Part shown: in pieces, positions 1 through 8,957 of the stretch
Numbering within the stretch: position 1 is the stretch's first letter
Layout of the letters: every line of letters starts with the position of its first letter
Source of the DNA: Collinsella sp.
GTDB lineage: Bacteria > Actinomycetota > Coriobacteriia > Coriobacteriales > Coriobacteriaceae
Reading direction: 5' to 3'
Length of the DNA stretch: 64,000 nucleotides
NCBI GenBank assembly: GCA_048245415.1
Contig: DBFBAP010000011.1
Location: 74,532-138,531, forward strand
Translations under genes and position numbers: made by a program
The notes under the pieces: generated by a model
Seen by the model: the letters and a program-made list of their open reading frames with translations, nothing else
Database searches by the model: none
Told to the model about the DNA's origin: nothing

Positions 1-1699
1 GGCCCGCAACCGAGCCGTGGTCGAGTACGCAGATCATGTCGGCATCGCGCACGGTCGAGACGCGCTGGCTCACGATGACAGTCGTCAGCGGCAGCCCGCC
101 CTCGGCGGCACCGCGCACGCTGCGCTCGCGAATGGCATGGCGAAGCGCCGCGTCAGTCTTAAAGTCGAGCGCCGACGCGGAGTCATCCATGATCAGGACC
201 TGCGGAGCGCCCACCAGGGCACGTGCGATGGTCAGGCGCTGACGTTGTCCGCCGCTGAAGTTCTTGCCGCCCGCCTCGACCGGGGCGTCGAGGCCCTGGG
301 GCTTGTTGTGCACGAACTCGCTCGCTTGCGCCATATCGAGCGCTGCCCAGAGCTCCTCGTCGGTCGCCGACTCGTCACGCCAGGTCAGGTTGCTGCGGAT
401 AGTGCCGCTCACCAGCGACGCACGCTGCGGAACGGTCGCGACCACGTGGCGCAGCTGGTCGAGCTGCCAGGCGCGCACGTCGGAGCCCATCACGTACACG
501 CTGCCCACGCCCGCATCGTACAGGCGCGGGATAAGCGAAACGAGGGTCGACTTACCGCTGCCCGTGCCGCCGATAATGCCGAGGGTTTTGCCCACCGGCA
601 GCTCCAGAGTCACATCGCTCACGGCATTTGCCGCGCCGGCGCCAAACGAGAAGCTCGCATGGTCAAAGCTCAGCGCAGGGACCGGAACAGCGCCACCCGT
701 CAGGTCGCTCGGCTCAGGCAGCGCGACCGGCTGGTTGCCCTCGTCAGCAATGCTCGGCACGCAATTGAGCACCTCGTTGATACGCGACGCGCTGGCGCTC
801 GCCTTGGTAAAGACCACGACCAGGTTGGCGACGTACACGATGGAGGTGAGCGTCTGCGTCATGTAGTTCACAAACGCCATGACCTGACCCTGCGTGAGCT
901 CGCCCACGTTGACCTGGATGCCGCCCACCCACAGGATGGCGCACACGCCCAGGTTCATCACAAGAAACGTGACGGGATTAAGGATCGACGAGAGCTTGCC
1001 CACCGCGATGGCAGTATTGGCCTGGTCATCGGCGGCTTGGGCAAAACGCTCGCGCTCGTGGTCCTCACGCACAAAGGCGCGAACAACGCGGGCGCCCGAA
1101 AGCCCCTCGCGGCAGATAAGCGCGATGCGGTCGAGCTTTGCCTGCAGCTGCCTGTAATACGGGATACAGCGCGCCATGACAAACCAAAACACCAGGCCGA
1201 TGGCGGGCGTGCAAATCAAAAAGATCATGCCGAGCTTAAGGTCGATGGCAAGGGCCGCGCACATAGAGCCCACCGCCAAGAAGGGCCAGCGGATGAGCAT
1301 GCGTACGCCCAGCGCCACAGCGAGCTGCACCTGGTTGACGTCGTTGGTGATGCGGGTGATAAGCGACGGCGTGCCAAAGCGGTCGAGTTCGGCATAGCTC
1401 AACTTGTTGATGTGCTGGTAGAGCGCACCGCGGATATCGGTGCCCATGCCCTGCGAGGTGAGCGCCGCCATCTTTTGGCAGACGAGCGTAAACGAGATGC
1501 CGATCACAGCCATGGCGCCAAGCAGCATACCGTAGTGGACGACGGCGTTGACATCGTGTGCGCCAATACCCTTATCGATCATCTGGGCAATCACGAGCGG
1601 CGTAAGCAGGTCAAAGATCACTTCGATCAGCTTGCACGCAGGGCCAATCACCATATAGCGGCGAAACTTGCCACCAAAACGCCTGAGCAGCTCAATCAT
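1..1699 (-). CDS. ABC exporter, fused permease/ATP-binding protein (C-terminal end runs off the window start)
   Basis: Minus-strand translation from ATG at 1699 reads MIELLRRFGGKFRRYMVIGPACKLIEV... (membrane domain). Near 150-280 it reads ...FSGGQRQRLTIARALVGAPQVLIMDDSASALD (ABC signature + Walker B). The listed + ORF 17..1705 is its antisense shadow. Confidence 0.85.
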   Translation of the reverse strand, partial: MIELLRRFGGKFRRYMVIGPACKLIEVIFDLLTPLVIAQMIDKGIGAHDVNAVVHYGMLLGAMAVIGISFTLVCQKMAALTSQGMGTDIRGALYQHINKLSYAELDRFGTPSLITRITNDVNQVQLAVALGVRMLIRWPFLAVGSMCAALAIDLKLGMIFLICTPAIGLVFWFVMARCIPYYRQLQAKLDRIALICREGLSGARVVRAFVREDHERERFAQAADDQANTAIAVGKLSSILNPVTFLVMNLGVCAILWVGGIQVNVGELTQGQVMAFVNYMTQTLTSIVYVANLVVVFTKASASASRINEVLNCVPSIADEGNQPVALPEPSDLTGGAVPVPALSFDHASFSFGAGAANAVSDVTLELPVGKTLGIIGGTGSGKSTLVSLIPRLYDAGVGSVYVMGSDVRAWQLDQLRHVVATVPQRASLVSGTIRSNLTWRDESATDEELWAALDMAQASEFVHNKPQGLDAPVEAGGKNFSGGQRQRLTIARALVGAPQVLIMDDSASALDFKTDAALRHAIRERSVRGAAEGGLPLTTVIVSQRVSTVRDADMICVLDHGSVAG

Positions 1700-1910
1700 G
1701 TATAGGCGCTCCCTATCATCATTCACACTCAATCCGAATCATGATAGTACGGTGAGCCCAAAAGAAGCGTAAACAACTCGTCATTTCTAATGGGATTCGG
1801 TTTCCAAAGAAGCGGAGAGGCGCGCACCCAGCCAGTGTCGGGTCGACCACTTGGTATACTTGCATTAGTGCTACCAAGTTAGTCGCCGACCCTTGAAATG
1901 AGGTGCCGAG

Positions 1911-2960
1911 ATGAACGACATTCTCGCAAGAAGAGCAAGACGAGCAACTGTGGGCATCGCCCTTTCCGCGGCACTTGTCGCGGGAATCGCCCCCGCAACG
2001 GCGATCGCGGCAGAAACCAGTTCCCCCACCGGTGCGGCCGTTTCGCAGACGAGCGCCACCAGCGGCAATTCGGGCGCCCCGCAGACAGAAGATGCGGCCG
2101 CCGCAAAAGAAAAAGCGTATGCAGCCATGCAGGAAGCGCTCAAAACCCTCGAGGCCGCAAAAGTTGCCGCAAGTCCCGAGAAACTTGCGGCAATCGATGA
2201 TGACATTGCCGCTTTTCAAGAGATCTACGACATGGTGGTGACGGAAGCCGCCAAACGGAGGGAACGCCTTCCCGCCATGCAAGCGAACGTCGATGCAGCC
2301 CAAGCCAAATACGATGAGGCCCACAGCCGGACAAGCGGCCTTCAGGCAGAATTAGATAAGGCACTTGAAGCACTCGGCGACGAGGAGCCCAGCACAGCTA
2401 CTAAAGAGCATATTAAGCAGTTGCGACGTGAGATCATGTCGGCAGAAAGGCGAGAGAAATCTTGTGAAGATGATCTTCACTCCTACCGACGCCGGCTCGA
2501 AAGCCAGGAAAGACAGGTTCAGGATTCCGAAAGTGAGGCGGAGGAAGCTAAAGCCCACATCGATGAGGACATAGCCAAGCGAGATGCGCTCCTCGACGAT
2601 TTGAAAAAGGCGCAAACGGCCTATGACGATGCCTGCAAGGCATACGAAGAGGCAAAAGCCGCGGCAGACAAGGCCACCTCGCCCGAGATAACGAAACCGA
2701 CCGAGACGACGCCTCCCTCCGGCTCAACGCAACCCGCCGAGGCGACACCGCCCGTTGCCTCACCTGCAACCGGCAAAGACGCCCTACCAAGCTCCACCAA
2801 GCAGGCGAACTCGAGCAGCGGCAAGCAAGCAAATACGACCGCCGGCAAGCTCGCGAACACGGGCGACACAGCACCGAGCGCAATAGCACTCGCAGGAATC
2901 GCCGCCATGGGACTCGGAATAACCGCCACAGCCACACGCCGCATCAAGAACTCAAAATAG
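1911..2960 (+). CDS. Secreted coiled-coil surface protein with LAxTG-type cell-wall sorting signal
   Basis: Signal-like N-terminus (RRARRATVGIALSAALVAGIAPATAIAAE), Ala/Glu/Lys-rich coiled-coil core and Pro/Thr/Ser stalk. The C-terminus has LANTG, then a hydrophobic stretch, then an RRIKNSK tail. Confidence 0.75.
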   Translation: MNDILARRARRATVGIALSAALVAGIAPATAIAAETSSPTGAAVSQTSATSGNSGAPQTEDAAAAKEKAYAAMQEALKTLEAAKVAASPEKLAAIDDDIAAFQEIYDMVVTEAAKRRERLPAMQANVDAAQAKYDEAHSRTSGLQAELDKALEALGDEEPSTATKEHIKQLRREIMSAERREKSCEDDLHSYRRRLESQERQVQDSESEAEEAKAHIDEDIAKRDALLDDLKKAQTAYDDACKAYEEAKAAADKATSPEITKPTETTPPSGSTQPAEATPPVASPATGKDALPSSTKQANSSSGKQANTTAGKLANTGDTAPSAIALAGIAAMGLGITATATRRIKNSK

Positions 2961-3007
2961 CCGACAGAGCATTCTGCCTTCACCAATCCACAAGCCCAGA
3001 GACAAAA

Positions 3008-3050
3008 AGAGGCTCGTTTCCCCAACCTAGGGAAACGAGCCTCTTTAACT
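3008..3050 (+). terminator. Intrinsic terminator after the surface-protein gene
   Basis: 15-bp perfect stem AGAGGCTCGTTTCCC (3008-3022) / GGGAAACGAGCCTCT (3030-3044) with a 7-nt loop and a short T-containing tail. Confidence 0.6.
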
Positions 3051-3188
3051 GCAAAAATTCAAGCAACAGCACCGCCGCCTCTTGAACCACGTAGCCATCA
3101 ATGCCCAGACAACGCCAACGAGCAGCATTCCTTAAGGGATAGATTAAATTAGATAAACGCGCCTTTACGGGTGATTTTTGGACGACGG

Positions 3189-3283
3189 GGCCCGGCCGGC
3201 GGCGAGGTGTTTGGTAGTCGAGCGATCCCGCAGGCGAAGCCGAGGACCAGCGAGACACCAAACACCTCGCCGCCGGCCGGGCC
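3189..3283. repeat. Long perfect inverted repeat (27-bp arms, 41-nt spacer)
   Basis: GGCCCGGCCGGCGGCGAGGTGTTTGGT (3189-3215) is the exact reverse complement of 3257-3283. Confidence 0.9.
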
Positions 3284-3457
3284 ATGTCGCGGCACCAAAA
3301 TAGCGCCCGTGCGCTCGATGGATTCGGATGCCCGACAGAGGCTCCTTATGGCTGCTTCCTTCCGGACCTGACCAGATTCGGAACATGTCGTCATCCGAAC
3401 CCATCGAACGCGCTAGGCGCTCGGTATATCTTACCTGCTCCCGCCCGCCAGAGCAAG

Positions 3458-3552
3458 GTAGCTAATTTGGGACGGAGCTTTTTTGACTACTTTTGCAGCC
3501 CGATTGCCAGAGCAGCCAATGAGTAGTCAAAATAGTCCCATCCCAAAATGAC
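3458..3552. repeat. Pair of small hairpins with a conserved TTTGGGAYGG loop, joined by an 11-bp inverted repeat
   Basis: 3461-3484 is the reverse complement of AAAAAAGCTCCGTCCCAAATTAGC, which matches 16344-16367 (23/24). TTTTGACTACT (3481-3491) pairs with AGTAGTCAAAA (3522-3532). A second loop, TTTTGGGATGGGACTATTTT, is on the minus strand at 3523-3552. Confidence 0.7.
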
Positions 3553-3862
3553 CGGCTTGGTGCCGCACCACAGAAAGGGCCCATCTACTACGTTTAGGCC
3601 ACAGGGGTCAACCATAGCCGACTTTTTCGAAAATCGGCAAGCTTTCTACCTGCGGTTTTGTTTTTGCAAATTCCGGAATGGTCGAGGGTGGCCGGTTTAA
3701 CGTAGTAGATGGCCACGTTTCGTGGCAGGCGGTCCGACCCAAGGCACAAGGCAGCCAACCTCGAATGGACATTCTCGAAGTTGCGGTGGAATACGGACTG
3801 AATTGGCACCTTAAAGGCAATAACACTCCGTATTTCACCGCAACTTATCGAGGGGATGGGTT

Positions 3863-5644
3863 TTAGAGGCGAGCGAGGTCGTAGGATTGGGCGGCTGCTT
3901 CGCCGGCGCAGATGAGGTTGGTTGTGGCTTCCTGAGGGTTGAGCGCCTGGTCGAGGGGCATGGGCTTGCGGCAGATCGGAAGCACCAAGTCGATGCCATG
4001 CTCACACACCGCATCCAGGTTGACGGCGCGACCGCCCACGACGGCGACCACCGGCTTGCCATATCGCTTGGCGCGGCGAGCCACACCAACCGGTGCCTTA
4101 CCGGCGGCGGACTGCTCGTCCATATTGCCCTCGCCCGTTATGACTAGGTCGACATCGCATACGCGCTCGTCAAACCCCACGAGGTCGAGCACCGTCTCCA
4201 CACCCGAGCGTAGCTCCGCGCCGAGCGCCAGCAACGCCGCGCCCAAGCCACCGGCAGCGCCCGCGCCGGGTACACCGAGCACCGAGCCAAATGTCCGTGC
4301 GCCCTCGGGTGTGCGCAACAACCCCTGGGCTCGAGCTCTGGCAATCGCCGCATCGAGCAAGCGACCGTAGCCGACCATCCAGCCGTCGTATCTGCGCAGC
4401 ACCTCGACATCATCCGCCGGCAGGCCCTTCTGCCCGCCAAACACCGCCAGTGCGCCTCGACGCCCCACGAGCGGATTCTCGACATCCGAAAGCACAACGA
4501 TGCGAGCGCCGCTCAGTGCACGAAGCGCTGACGTCAAATCGATACTCGACACCTGCTCAAGCCCCGCGAGACCGGGGGCGATATTGCAGCCACACTCATC
4601 GACAAGGTGGGCGCCAAGCACCTGCAGCATACCGGCGCCGCCATCGTTGGTGGCGCTGCCGCCCAAACCAATATAGATAGTCTTTGCGCCCATGCGAACC
4701 GCGCGAAGCATGAGCTCGCCCACGCCATAGGTTGTAGCAGCCAGCGCCGCCGATTCCGTGCAGGGTGAATACCCAATACCCGCCGCCTCGGCCATCTCAA
4801 TTACAGCCGAGTCGCGCTCGTCGTCCACCAGCATCCGGGCAGACACGCGGTCGCCCAAGGGACCTGCCACCTCGCAGGTCACAATCTCACCGCCGCACGC
4901 GGCAACGGCATCGAGCGTTCCCTCACCGCCATCCGCCAGCGGCAATGTGCACACCTCGGCATCGGGCCAAACGCGGCGCACGCCTTCGGCAACCGCCGCC
5001 TCCGCCTGCGCACTCGAAACGCTGCCCTTAAAGGAGTCGATCGCCAGCAGCACACGGCGGGGCCGGCGGCACGCAGGGCCAAAGTCAACCGCCATGCCAG
5101 CATCCTCACCGGCACCTGCAAGCGCTGCGGCGTGAGCGGCGTGTGCTTCAAGATCGGCCCCACAACCGCAATCAGCGCCGCCCGCTCCGCGCAGACCGCC
5201 AAAATAGCTACTCAGCAGCTCGCGGCATTCATCCGCCAGGACCCCAGCCGTCACGTTAAACCGATGATTCAGGCGCGAGTCGGCATTCAAATCGTATAGG
5301 GATCCCAACGCGCCCGCCTTGGCGTCGCTCGCGCCATACACGCAGCGCCCCACGCGCGCGTTAACCATAAGGCCTGCGCACATGCAGCAGGGTTCCAACG
5401 TCACATAGACCGTACAGTCGGAAAGGCGCCAGCGGCCAAGCGCCTGGGTAGCGGCGCACACGGCCGCAAACTCGGCATGAGCCGAAGGGTCCTGGTCGAG
5501 TTCGCGCCGATTGTGCGCCCTCGCGGCTATCTCACCGTCGCGCACCACTACGGCTCCGATGGGCACCTCGCCCACCGCCGCGGCGGCTCGCGCCTCCGCC
5601 AGCGCCTCGCGCATGAACTTCTCGTCGATTTCGGTGATCGTCAT
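3863..5644 (-). CDS. Fusion protein: tRNA-specific adenosine deaminase (TadA-like CDA domain) + glycerate kinase
   Basis: The N-terminal domain has deaminase zinc motifs HAE...PCCMCAG. After an Ala/Gly linker a full glycerate-kinase-like domain follows (RVLLAIDSFKGS...ADGGEGT...ITGEGNMDEQS). Start placed at ATG 5644 (MTITEIDEKF), preceded by GGGAAGG. The first ATG of the ORF (5695) abuts the tRNA. Confidence 0.8.
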   Translation of the reverse strand: MTITEIDEKFMREALAEARAAAAVGEVPIGAVVVRDGEIAARAHNRRELDQDPSAHAEFAAVCAATQALGRWRLSDCTVYVTLEPCCMCAGLMVNARVGRCVYGASDAKAGALGSLYDLNADSRLNHRFNVTAGVLADECRELLSSYFGGLRGAGGADCGCGADLEAHAAHAAALAGAGEDAGMAVDFGPACRRPRRVLLAIDSFKGSVSSAQAEAAVAEGVRRVWPDAEVCTLPLADGGEGTLDAVAACGGEIVTCEVAGPLGDRVSARMLVDDERDSAVIEMAEAAGIGYSPCTESAALAATTYGVGELMLRAVRMGAKTIYIGLGGSATNDGGAGMLQVLGAHLVDECGCNIAPGLAGLEQVSSIDLTSALRALSGARIVVLSDVENPLVGRRGALAVFGGQKGLPADDVEVLRRYDGWMVGYGRLLDAAIARARAQGLLRTPEGARTFGSVLGVPGAGAAGGLGAALLALGAELRSGVETVLDLVGFDERVCDVDLVITGEGNMDEQSAAGKAPVGVARRAKRYGKPVVAVVGGRAVNLDAVCEHGIDLVLPICRKPMPLDQALNPQEATTNLICAGEAAAQSYDLARL

Positions 5645-5695
5645 CGTTCGCCTTCCCTGTTGCAAATTCAAAACGATGCTATCATTACGACTCAC

Positions 5696-5785
5696 GGAGA
5701 GATGGCAGAGCGGTTGAATGCGGCGGTCTTGAAAACCGTTGAGCGCGAGAGCGTTCCGGGGGTTCGAATCCCCCTCTCTCCGCCA
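5696..5785 (+). tRNA. tRNA-Ser (anticodon UGA), CCA encoded
   Basis: GGAGAGA acceptor stem pairs with TCTCTCC. The anticodon loop is CTTGAAA between GCGGT/ACCGT stems. Long variable arm, GGTTCGAATCC T-loop and terminal GCCA. Confidence 0.93.
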
Positions 5786-5788
5786 CTT

Positions 5789-6385
5789 TTAGTGATGCAC
5801 CGGCGTCATGGTTCGCTCGAACAGCGCATCGACCACGTCGGCCATCTCAGGTCGACGCTCAAGATCGTGGCCCGATTCCCACCATATCGTGAAAAGTCGA
5901 ATAATACCGCCGGCGACAAACTCAGACGTCGTCTCGAGTGACACGGGGGCCAGGGCATCCTCGGCAAACACGTTCATCACACGCTCGCGGATGGAGCGGG
6001 CAATGCGGTCGCAAATAACGTTGGTCAACATGCCCGACATGCTGCTTGCCAAAATGTTATCCATGAGCTGCTCGTGCGCCAGAATCAAATCCATGGCATC
6101 GTCCAAAATCGCGTGTCGAAGCGCGCGCACGTCCTCGGCAGACACTGCGCCGGCCTCATCGGGCTGTTTTTGCGGCAAGCCCGACATGAGCTCATCGATA
6201 TAAAAGGCAAAGTAATCGTTCTTGTCGCGAAAGTGCTTGTAGAACGTCGTGCGGCGAATCATGGCGCGGTCGCACAGCATGGCAACCGTCAGGTCCTCAA
6301 AACGATGCTCCTCGAGAAGCTCGGTGAAGGCATCGAACAGGGCGCGGTAGGTTTTCTTAATGCGAAGGTCCACTGGTATCGCCAT
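5789..6385 (-). CDS. TetR/AcrR-family transcriptional regulator
   Basis: N-terminal HTH block KKTYRALFDAFTELLEEHRFEDLTVAMLCDRAMIRRTTFYKHFRDKNDYF. Start placed at MAIPVDLRIKK (ATG 6385). The upstream part of ORF 5789..6646 looks non-coding. Confidence 0.8.
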   Translation of the reverse strand: MAIPVDLRIKKTYRALFDAFTELLEEHRFEDLTVAMLCDRAMIRRTTFYKHFRDKNDYFAFYIDELMSGLPQKQPDEAGAVSAEDVRALRHAILDDAMDLILAHEQLMDNILASSMSGMLTNVICDRIARSIRERVMNVFAEDALAPVSLETTSEFVAGGIIRLFTIWWESGHDLERRPEMADVVDALFERTMTPVHH

Positions 6386-6584
6386 CCTCAGGGCAAAGAC
6401 AACACTCGTCAATCTGTCGCATATCTTACACCTGTACCTCGCGCGCTTTGCCCCGGTGCCAACCCCGCCGAAAACATAACGCTTGCCGGAAAGTTCGGCA
6501 CGGCAAAACGTTGCGGGTATACTAGTAGCGTTATACCAACGGCAGCTGGCGCATGCCGCCGCGGCCATTCGAAACGGAGACATC

Positions 6585-7136
6585 ATGATTACCGTCATCA
6601 TCGGCATCGTTGTTGTCATTGTGATTGTCTGCGCCATCGCCGGCATCTACAACAACATGGTCACCAAGCGTAACCGCATCGATAACGCCTGGCAGAACAT
6701 CGATACGCAGCTGCAGCGTCGCAACGACCTGATTCCCAACCTGGTCGAGACCGTCAAGGGCTACGCCAAGCACGAGCAGGAGACGCTCTCCGCCGTGATC
6801 AGCGCGCGTAACACCGCCGTCAAGGCCACCACGCCCGAGGCCAAGATGGAAGCCGACAACGTGCTGACCGGTGCACTGCGTCAGCTCTTCGCCGTAGCCG
6901 AGGCCTATCCCGATCTTAAGGCAAACACCAACTTTACGCAGCTGCAGGCATCGCTCGAGGATACCGAGAACAAGATTAGCTACGCACGCCAGAGCTACAA
7001 CGATTGCGTGCTCAGCTACAACAACGCCATTCAGACGTTCCCGGCTGTCATCTTTGCCGGCATCTTCCAGTTTAAGGAGCGCCAAGGCTTCGAGGCCGCC
7101 GAAGCAGCCCGCCAGGCCCCGACCGTCAAGTTCTAG
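6585..7136 (+). CDS. lemA: LemA-family membrane protein
   Basis: MITVIIGIVVVIVIVCAIAGIYNNMVTKRNRIDNAWQNIDTQLQRRNDLIPNLVETVKGYAKHE is a typical LemA N-terminus. GGAG lies upstream of ATG 6585. Confidence 0.85.
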   Translation: MITVIIGIVVVIVIVCAIAGIYNNMVTKRNRIDNAWQNIDTQLQRRNDLIPNLVETVKGYAKHEQETLSAVISARNTAVKATTPEAKMEADNVLTGALRQLFAVAEAYPDLKANTNFTQLQASLEDTENKISYARQSYNDCVLSYNNAIQTFPAVIFAGIFQFKERQGFEAAEAARQAPTVKF

Positions 7137-7172
7137 TAGTTTGACAGCGCATCCTTAATCGGCCAAATGCAT

Positions 7173-7219
7173 AAACCGCCCCGTCGAATGCATACTTCGA
7201 CGGGGCGGTTTCCTTTTTC
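7173..7219 (+). terminator. Intrinsic terminator of lemA
   Basis: 15-bp stem AAACCGCCCCGTCGA / TCGACGGGGCGGTTT followed by CCTTTTTC. Confidence 0.85.
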
Positions 7220-7515
7220 GCGAAGGTCCCCCTCTAAGCGCCGTGCATTTTCAGGAGTATTCAACATAACCAAGAGCTTCGGGCGCCACGATAAATGCCA
7301 AAGACCGCGAACATCCCTGCAAATCAAACGCTGCCAGCCCATAACCCCGCCCATCATTCGTAGAAAACATCGAGAAATCCCGATTTTTTGCCCGAGGTCG
7401 GTATGCAGGGGCCTTCGATTGCAGAATACTCGCAAAAATGCACGTCGCCACCACCCCCACATGGCGCGAACCAAAACAAAAGCGCGGCCTTCCTTTCCGG
7501 CGCACTCCGCGGGAC

Positions 7516-7553
7516 GAAAAAACCTCCGCCGCACGAAGTGCGCAGCGGAGGTT
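7516..7553 (-). terminator. Intrinsic terminator of ilvE
   Basis: On the minus strand AACCTCCGC...GCGGAGGTT is followed by TTTTTT. It is nested inside a second inverted repeat (7484-7505 / 7570-7590). Confidence 0.8.
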
Positions 7554-7615
7554 CTTTCATGTCCGAGGACGCGCCGGAAAGGAAGGTCGCCCTCGGGCCG
7601 GACAGCTAAGACAGC

Positions 7616-8668
7616 TTACGCGACGGTGTAAACCCAGTTGTGCTTATCCTCAACAGCACCAGACTGGATACCAGTCAGGGTCTCGCGGAGCTTCTTCATC
7701 ACAGGACCGATCTCGGTGTAGCCAGCCGGGAAGGTCACGGTCTCGTCGGCGCCGTAAACCTTGTTGTCGATCTCGCCAACCGGGGAGATGACGGCAGCGG
7801 TGCCGCACAGGCCGCACTCGACAAAGGTACCGGCCTTGACCTCGGCCCACTCGACGGGACGTTGGTCAACGGTCATGCCCAGGTCCTGAGCAACCTGAAC
7901 GAGCGAACGACGGGTGATAGAGGGCAGGATGGAGTCGGTGTGCGACTGAGGAACGACGAGGGTGCCGTCCTCCTTCACGAACAGGACGTTGGCGCCACCG
8001 GTCTCCTCGACATAGGTACGGGACTCGGAGTCAAGATACAGGTTCTCGGCATAGCCCTCGCGATGGGCCTCCATCGTGGGCTTAAGGGACATGGCGTAGT
8101 TCAGGCCGGCCTTGATGTTGCCGGTGCCGTGCGGTGCGGCACGGTCATACTCGGAAACGCGCAGCTTGACGGGCTTGAGGCCACCCTTAAAGTACGGACC
8201 GACCGGGGTCACGAGAATGCGGAACGTGTACTCAGGAGCGGGAGCCACGCCGATCACGTCACCGGAACCGATCATAAACGGACGCACGTACAGGGTCGCG
8301 CCGGAGCCGAAGGGCGGAACCCAGGCGGCGTTGGCAGAGACGACCTGCTTGACGGCCTCAACGAACTTGTCCTTGGGGAACGGGGGCATCTCGAGGCGCT
8401 GGGCAGAGTTATACATGCGCTCGGCGTTCATGTCGGGACGGAAGCAGACGATGCTGCCGTCCTCGGCGGTGTAGGCCTTCAGGCCCTCAAAGACCTCCTG
8501 GCAGTAATGGAAGATGCCGCCGCACTCGGAGACATGCAGGGTGTGATCGGTGGTCAGGCCACCCTCGTCCCACTCGCCGTCCTTCCAATGGGCCTCGTAG
8601 CTGTAATCGGTCTTCATGTAGCCAAAGCCGAGGCTACCCCAATCGATATCCTTCTTCTCGACAGTCAT
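7616..8668 (-). CDS. ilvE: Branched-chain amino acid aminotransferase
   Basis: MTVEKKDIDWGSLGFGYMKTDYSYEAHWKDGEWDEGGL...FEGLKAY...YVRPF... is typical of the class IV long IlvE type. Start placed at ATG 8668. Confidence 0.88.
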   Translation of the reverse strand: MTVEKKDIDWGSLGFGYMKTDYSYEAHWKDGEWDEGGLTTDHTLHVSECGGIFHYCQEVFEGLKAYTAEDGSIVCFRPDMNAERMYNSAQRLEMPPFPKDKFVEAVKQVVSANAAWVPPFGSGATLYVRPFMIGSGDVIGVAPAPEYTFRILVTPVGPYFKGGLKPVKLRVSEYDRAAPHGTGNIKAGLNYAMSLKPTMEAHREGYAENLYLDSESRTYVEETGGANVLFVKEDGTLVVPQSHTDSILPSITRRSLVQVAQDLGMTVDQRPVEWAEVKAGTFVECGLCGTAAVISPVGEIDNKVYGADETVTFPAGYTEIGPVMKKLRETLTGIQSGAVEDKHNWVYTVA

Positions 8669-8889
8669 ATGTCGCTCCTTACATACACAGTTGCAAACTC
8701 GCGAACCCGCACGCAAGGACCGAGGCCGGCCGCGTCGCAACGTCGCACGCCCGGAGCGTAGAGCCGGACGGGACACGCAAACAGCATCAAAGCCGATGGC
8801 ACGTCGATTCGCATGCACGAGATTGTACTCCGCACGCGCGTCGGATAAAACGTTTTTCTTTAACTAACTAAAGTATTTTCATTTGACCG

Positions 8890-8929
8890 AAACTAAAGAG
8901 GCCCGCCACCGTAAGCGGTGACGGGCCTC
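8890..8929 (-). terminator. Intrinsic terminator of the DedA-family gene
   Basis: Long GC hairpin GAGGCCCG..CACCG TAAG CGGTG..CGGGCCTC (8898-8929), followed on the minus strand by TTTAGTTTC. Confidence 0.65.
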
Positions 8930-8957
8930 AACTGCACGGTTTGCGCGCTGGCTCGAG

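Noticed and set aside
17-1705. Long + strand ORF (562 aa) covering the first 1.7 kb
   Set aside because: Arg/Ala/His-rich nonsense composition. The opposite strand encodes a clean ABC exporter with signature motifs, so this is a typical high-GC antisense shadow ORF.
5645-5695. Upstream ATG (5695) for the TadA fusion gene
   Set aside because: It would place the start codon directly against the tRNA-Ser gene with no RBS. ATG 5644 has GGGAAGG at proper spacing, and the conserved deaminase N-terminus begins there.
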